A DNA stretch of 13,075 bases, from assembly GCA_010909165.1 (NCBI GenBank), contig VJWM01000418.1, forward strand, positions 1-13,075. Direction: 5' to 3'. Position 1 is the first letter of the stretch, and each line of letters begins with the position of its first letter. This DNA is from Anthoceros angustus (lineage: Eukaryota > Plantae > Anthocerotophyta). Made by a program: the position numbers and the translations under genes. The notes below the pieces were generated by a model. That model did no database searches. It was given only the letters and a program-made list of their open reading frames with translations, and had not been told where the DNA came from. Below, piece after piece: positions 8,201 to 13,075 of this stretch.

Positions 8201-9693
8201 CTAACCAGAATCATGCTCAAGCATCCTCAGCTTGTCTTGCAACTTTGCGGGGAAGATAATGCCCCACCATCCACCGTCATCTATGACATTCTGCTTTAGG
8301 ATGGCCTCCATGACCTTCTCATCGCACTCCTTGATGGAATAGCCTGCATCCTTCAACAAGGTCCACACATTAATCGCCTTGTCCTTCTGCCCCTTTGAGT
8401 CCACTTGCACCCAAAGCTGGAGTTCTAGTTCAGACTGCATCCAAAACTCTTTCAACTTTATAAGCCAAGCCCCATGATTGGGTATCGCATTCATCGGTTG
8501 GGTAACCTGCCTCAACCAACTGGACACGTTAATAGCAGTGTCAATCCCCTGTGAGTTAACCTGTGGACCCAAAGCAGGACTTGTGATTTTGGAATTCATC
8601 CAAAACGCAGCTTCACCAGCCAATCCGTGAACTGTACCAACAGCTCTGATCTCATCCACGGTTGGCTCCCTCCCAAACTTTCCTCTGAACCTATCCAGAA
8701 AACCACGCTGCCCCCATGGCCAAAGCATGTGTAGGTATTGCTACCTGTATCCTTCACCCTCTTCATGGCACCCTCCTCCCTAGCACAAAATAGAAAGTTC
8801 AACTGCTTTGATCATGCGGCAGCACCTACGGTCCCCTATGTCCCTAGGATTGAGAAACACAGCACAGCAAAACTCCAGCTCACATGCAAAGCTAGCACGG
8901 CCTCGCTCACTCGCGCGATGCCAGATTGAAAATCAAATGCAGCAAGAGCAAAACCCTGCTGTTCGAAACTTTCAAACGCAATCAGTCCCTGGATAGGGCT
9001 CCAAATTGGACACACAGTATACCATTAGACTCGCCTCATCAAGGCGAGCAGTTTGGTATAAGAATCAACGGCAACCGACCTGTAACGCGGGCGCTATGAC
9101 CCCTGGAAGGTTGGAAACCCCAAACTTGTTGGATCAGCCACAGCAACGCTGCTGCGGCTAGTGAGGCGGGGGAGGTGGTGCCTTGCTGTGGGTGCGTAGC
9201 CACCTCCTCTAAGCCCAGACGCACTCAGATCTCGCAGTTAGTCATCGAAGTGACATGAAATCTGCTCACGTGCAGGTTTCTAGGAGTCGTGGGAACGACT
9301 TTGTTGATGGGCTGCACTGGCAGCTTGAGTCGGGTAAGTCGCACCTGGCACTGCAGCGGGACACAGAAACATCAATCCTTGCAACCCTTGAGCCCAAATC
9401 TGGCTGGAACAACGAAAGCACTTGAGTTTCTAAGATAGCTGCAGGCACTCTCCCTTGGCGCGACTTCGACGACTAGCTGCCTCCATCTCCATCTCCAGGG
9501 TTTAGCGTGGCGGCCATGGCTGGCGTCAGCGATTCTGGTGTGGGCTTGCCTCTCTGAGTCATGATACGAGACGAAGGGTTTTCCATACACTTGTACAGCG
9601 TCTCTCCCTTGACCGCGGTGTGAAACACCGGCGGAAATGACTCATAGTCAGGACTTCCGCCATTAGGTTGAGCAGAATTTCAGCACTCGCCAT
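8201..9693 (-). pseudogene. Decayed intron-containing gene inside the CACTA element, TnpA/Ptta (Transposase_24)-like
   Basis: Candidate ATG at 9693 followed by a long frame NSAQPNGGSPDYESFPPVF...GDGDGGS*SSKSRQGRVPAAILE. Intron 9269-9209 (GTGAG...GACTAAC...TTAG, 61 bp) and probable intron 8883-8826 (58 bp). Joining ORFs 8596-8802 and 8201-8728 across one frameshift gives TYTCFGHGG/QRGFLDRFRGKFGREPTVDEI, resembling the H..G..G/S...GREP motif of Transposase_24. Confidence 0.5.
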
Positions 9694-9809
9694 GCGTGTT
9701 TTTGCATGATGTTTTTCTGGTGGGAATGGAGCTCAAACCCTGGATATGGCTTGGTGAATTAGCACATTATCATTGCATTTATAGCCTTCTTCTTCCTTGG
9801 ATATCGGTG

Positions 9810-9965
9810 ATAATAGGACTTTACCCGAACCCTAGACCTCAAGCTAGCATATTCCATGCGAATCCGAAGCCAAGGTTACTTTAACCAAACCCTAACCCTC
9901 ATCCGACATATTCAACTCGATTTTGAAGGCCAAGGTTAATTTGACCCAAACCCTAATCCTCGGCC
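9810..9965 (+). repeat. ~60 bp degenerate tandem repeat (about 2.5-3 units) with telobox motifs
   Basis: CAAGGTTA at 9871 and 9931, CATATTC at 9848 and 9907, AAACCCTAA at 9887 and 9948, AACCCTA at 9828. Confidence 0.75.
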
Positions 9966-10423
9966 ACACTTCTCCTCGGCCATATGTGGGAATAGTGCAG
10001 AAAATTTTAAAGGTTGACTTTGGGTTGTCATCAAGCTAATTTTTAAAGGTTAAGTGGTTCAAACTAGTTTATGAGGATGCAAATGATCACAAGGGATTGA
10101 AGAAGGACAATTCGGAATGCACATAGTGAACCCTAGATCTTGTTATCCTTCTACGAGTTCAAGATGATCCCTTTACCCTTGTGTCACCCAAACTAATTCA
10201 AACTTTTTGTATGACAATAAAGTGGTTGTCGGGACCAACTGGAAAACGTTGTCTTTGAAGAAAATATGGATGCATAGGGATGTGGATGCATATGGAGGAT
10301 TTTTCAGCATGTCCCTTGTTCTCGTTTAGGGTCGGCCTAGCCGTGGCGATGTACACCCTTACCTCTACTTTTTCTTTTAGGGTAAAAGATGGGTTATCAT
10401 CAAAACCCATTCTAAATTAGTCT

Positions 10424-10816
10424 TGTTGTAAACGACCGGTGTCTAGTAAAGGGTCTTGTTGAAAACCCTACGTGTGTAGTAAACTATGGGATGTTGTAAA
10501 ATACCATTGGCATGTTGTAAAAGAACCCGTTGTAATGGAGAAAGTCCTGTAGTAAATTGATGGCCCGTAGTAAACAAACATGCCATCGTTGTAACGTCCA
10601 TAAGCTCTGTTGTAACAAGTGCCCGTAGTAAAATCCATTTTGTTTTCGTCAGTTGCGCCTTTGGCAAAACAAGCCACATAGTAAAGTTGGAATGAGGTTT
10701 AGTAAATTCGGGCTATACTTGAAAATAATACATGGACTTGAAGCGGTGCCTTCAATTGACGTAGTAAAATGGGCATCGTGGTAAAATGCACCCTTGTAAA
10801 GCGCAATTAGTAAAAT
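10424..10816. repeat. Right subterminal repeats of the CACTA element
   Basis: More than a dozen GTAGTAAA / GTTGTAA(A) motifs at roughly 15-30 bp spacing, leading to the terminal inverted repeat. Confidence 0.85.
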
Positions 10817-10834
10817 ATACTTTTCCTAGTAGTG

Positions 10835-11546
10835 AAGACAAGCAAGTCTTGCTAATGGAGGAGAGGTCAAGGCAGCAATCTCTGCGACAAATGAGGCAAC
10901 ACAAAAGGCAGTAGGCGCACATGAGCGGGTCATAGCCACAGTGTGAGATTAGTGACATGGAAAGGAGCTGGGAGAAATCATGGAGGTGGAATTGAAGGAA
11001 GAGTGGAAGAACGGACACATTTTGTCCAAAGATTGGAAATGGAGCAGAAGTCAGCGGAGAATACCAACTCCCTAGGAGGATAGGGAGTTGGAGGAAGGAA
11101 TACAGGAGAAAGCGTCATGAGGTTGTCACATATGTTGGCGATGAGCGAGAGATTTGGGCGATTCGCCCTACAAGAAGATTGATCATGGCTGCAGATGAGA
11201 GGACGGAGAATGTGGCTCTCCATGTCAAGTGGTGAGGCTGGCCTGAGCGAGATGCACAAAGCAAGTGTGAGCATGGTAGGCAGGATTCTGAAGAGTGGAG
11301 AGCGATTTGCAGCCCATCTTCACAACAACGTGCTCAAGGCCACTAACGAGTTATTCGACTTCGGAGGAGGATGTTGGGACCTCATGATGATGATAGGGAG
11401 GCCCTCATGCGATGACGAGCCTTGACTTGGAAGTGTCCCAAGCAAGCAGTGAAGAAACGCACGGGGAGAAGCAAGTGAAGTGGGAAGCTACGTGGAGAAT
11501 CACCCGGAAGGGTAAGGAAGAAGAAGCGCCCGGTGAACTCCTACCA
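10835..11546 (+). pseudogene. 3' continuation of the same accessory ORF after the CACTA insertion
   Basis: Same GA-rich + strand composition resumes right after 10834. Helical segments EVKAAISATNEATQKAVGAHERVIA and SEMHKASVSMVGRILKSGERFAAHLHNNVLKATNELFDF (ORF 11195-11425). Confidence 0.5.
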
Positions 11547-11796
11547 TGTCAAAGCGACACGGTGAGGAAGGTAACCTACATGAGTGGTGGAGGTGTCCTA
11601 CCACAGTAGGAGAAACTCCTACCATGGTAGGCGAGGGGTAGGAGATCCTGCCACGTGTCCAACTAGTGTTTTGATCACCCTACCAATAGGAATAGCTCCT
11701 ACCATGGTAGCAAAGGTAGGAAGGTATCCACCGGAGTAACTCCTAGTAGAGGGGAAAATGCCTACCATGGTGGGAGGTGTCCTACCACGGTGGGAG
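11538..11796. repeat. Palindrome array CCTACCAYGGTAGG (copy 3)
   Basis: CCTACCATGGTAGG at ~11618, with variants at ~11597, 11698, 11761 and 11781. Confidence 0.95.
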
Positions 11797-12610
11797 ATGG
11801 GTTCTAAGGAAGGTAGCTTATGTTTTTGGGCGGATAGGCTTGCTATATATAGAGTCTTTTAGTGGACTAGAAAATAGGCCAAAATAGGTAATTAAGAAAT
11901 TAGAGGCTAATTTTGGGGTAGAAATTAGAAAATAGGGAAAAATGGTATTTTAGTATGAAATTAGAAACTAACATCAATGGTGGGAGAGGCACGTGGCTCC
12001 AAGGCAGGATAGAATGGTAGTTACTTTTCTAACACTTGGGTGACTTATAAAGTGGTGCGGTGCTGCAAGAGGCCATATCTCGAAACTCAAGGAGGCGGCC
12101 TCAGAAGGCGCGCCACATCTCAAGCTTCCCAAGGCCGACCGCAACGTCCGTCTTGAGGAGAAGAAACAAGGAGGTGAAACTGAGAGGCGGGAGGGTGAGA
12201 AGAGAGAAGAAACAACCAAGCTCGTGAGGGGTGCCTAGGAGGGTGGAGCGTGGCAGGTTGCCAGGAAACCGTGGAAGGAGGCTCCTAAATTCATGGCGGT
12301 GTAAAGTCCGTTGGGGTGGTGAGCTTTCTCTTGCGGAGATGGGGTTTGAGGGGCCAAGGTGTAAGGACTGCGGGAGGAGGCAAGGCAGACTGAGCAGAGC
12401 AAATGGAGGAGGCGTTTGCAAGGATGGAAGGCTGGCGGTCTGAGGTGCGGAGGCATCACTTTTCTTCAATTTCTGCAAGTACTAGAGGCCATGACCAAGC
12501 CTACCATGACCAAGGGCAAGGAGGTAGTGTGAGGCGTCCACCAAGGGAGGCGGGAGGCGCAAGAGGTCTAAGGCGGGAGGATCGGACCGGAGGTGGAGAC
12601 TGACATGCCA
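11547..12610 (+). mobile_element. LTR-like family A repeat, copy 3 (direct; lacks the first ~180 bp)
   Basis: TGTCAAAGCGAC...GGTAACCTACATGAGTGG matches 4785-4830. The block GATAGGCTTGCTATATATAGAGTCTTTTAGTGGACTAGA is identical in copies 2 and 3. Similarity ends at TGACATGCCA (12610). Confidence 0.85.
11990..12051 (+). promoter_or_regulatory. Duplicate of the putative G-box/TATA promoter
   Basis: CACGTGGC at 11990-11997 and TATAAA at 12046-12051. Confidence 0.45.
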
Positions 12611-12615
12611 CCTTT

Positions 12616-12850
12616 TGTGTGGGAGGAAAACCGGGCACTCCAAGATTCCCCTCTAGCGGCCACACTTATCCCACTTTGTTTTCGTTGGGTTTCGTCCCAT
12701 GAGACTTGTGTAGTCGGATCTTGAGAAATCGATCACTACTGTGACACTACCTCGCCTTCTAAACAAGCAAGGCGCCCTCTCACGCTCCCTCTACAGCTAC
12801 ACGCCCTGCTTCGTAAATTCACTGCCTCAACCTACGACACCACACAATTG
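12616..12850 (-). mobile_element. LTR-like family B end, copy 2 (probably continues beyond the window and truncates family A copy 3)
   Basis: Begins TGTGTGGGAGGAAAACCGGG on + (i.e. ends ...CCCACACA on minus) just where family A homology stops. Diverged inverted match to 2825-3032. Confidence 0.65.
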
Positions 12851-13075
12851 CAGGTCACGTCTTATGAGTGTATATCACGGGCGCCAGGACCCCTGCCATA
12901 TAAACAGTGCTCACACATCGAGATCGGAGAAGTTAAACGAGGATATAACGAGCGAGATAAAACCTTCATTCCCTTCGAGACATATGTCCTAAGCAATGCC
13001 ACAAGGAAACATTTGGTTGCTCACACACGATCACATGATCTTTGGATGTTTACACAAGTGAGTACAAAGTGCCAC

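Larger units (their letters stand above)
7465..10834 (-). mobile_element. CACTA (En/Spm) DNA transposon, internally deleted or decayed
   Basis: Right end TTTTCCTAGTAGTG (10821-10834) reads CACTACTAGGAAAA on the minus strand. Degenerate left end CACATGGGAAAAG at 7465 (alternative start CACATAGTG at 7454). Subterminal GT(A/T)GTAA / TTAC(T/A)AC repeats at both ends and abrupt composition changes at both borders. No clean 3 bp TSD. Confidence 0.75.
4607..12610. mobile_element. Non-autonomous LTR-retrotransposon-derived unit (direct repeats around one accessory ORF; possibly Ty3/gypsy Tat/Athila related)
   Basis: Direct repeats of ~1.1-1.2 kb flank ~2.2 kb of internal sequence once the CACTA insertion is removed. 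No RT, integrase, protease or gag zinc-knuckle motif seen. No clean TSD (ACTTA vs CCTTT), canonical PBS or PPT. Lineage is inferred from the ORF type. Confidence 0.55.

Noticed and set aside
10443-10679. ORFs over subterminal repeats (also 4245-4472) with periodic Cys/Tyr/Thr patterns
   Set aside because: The periodicity is simply the translation of the DNA repeats.
10820-10831. Helitron 3' end (CTAG followed by T)
   Set aside because: No subterminal GC hairpin. The CACTA terminus plus subterminal repeats explain it better.
11288-11340. CTGAAGA as a hammerhead core (also CTGAnGA on the minus strand at ~978 and ~8224)
   Set aside because: None is followed by stem II and GAAA.

Overview
Eukaryotic, most likely land-plant, repeat-dense DNA made of nested and decayed transposable elements. 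I find no intact host gene, RNA gene or CRISPR array. Short (58-149 bp) GT-AG introns, telobox and G-box motifs and CACTA/LTR signatures point to a plant. A compact genome such as a lycophyte is only a guess. Main architecture: (i) an LTR-like family 'A' repeat in three copies (1-490 inverted; 4607-5983 and 11547-12610 direct), carrying a dense array of CCTACCATGGTAGG palindromes and a G-box/TATA promoter; (ii) between the two direct copies, one frameshifted ORF resembling the accessory 'putative plant transposon protein' (Transposase_32-like) plus a coiled coil, with no recognisable gag/pol; (iii) a ~3.4 kb CACTA-type DNA transposon (about 7465-10834) that splits this ORF and carries a decayed spliced TnpA-like gene; (iv) in 491-4606, a decayed spliced gene, a 273 bp LTR with 8 bp terminal inverted repeats, a second LTR-like family 'B' (inverted homologue at 12616-12850) and a CACTA transposase/subterminal-repeat fragment. 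All protein family calls are by-eye motif resemblance, not database hits. Strands given for family A show relative orientation only.
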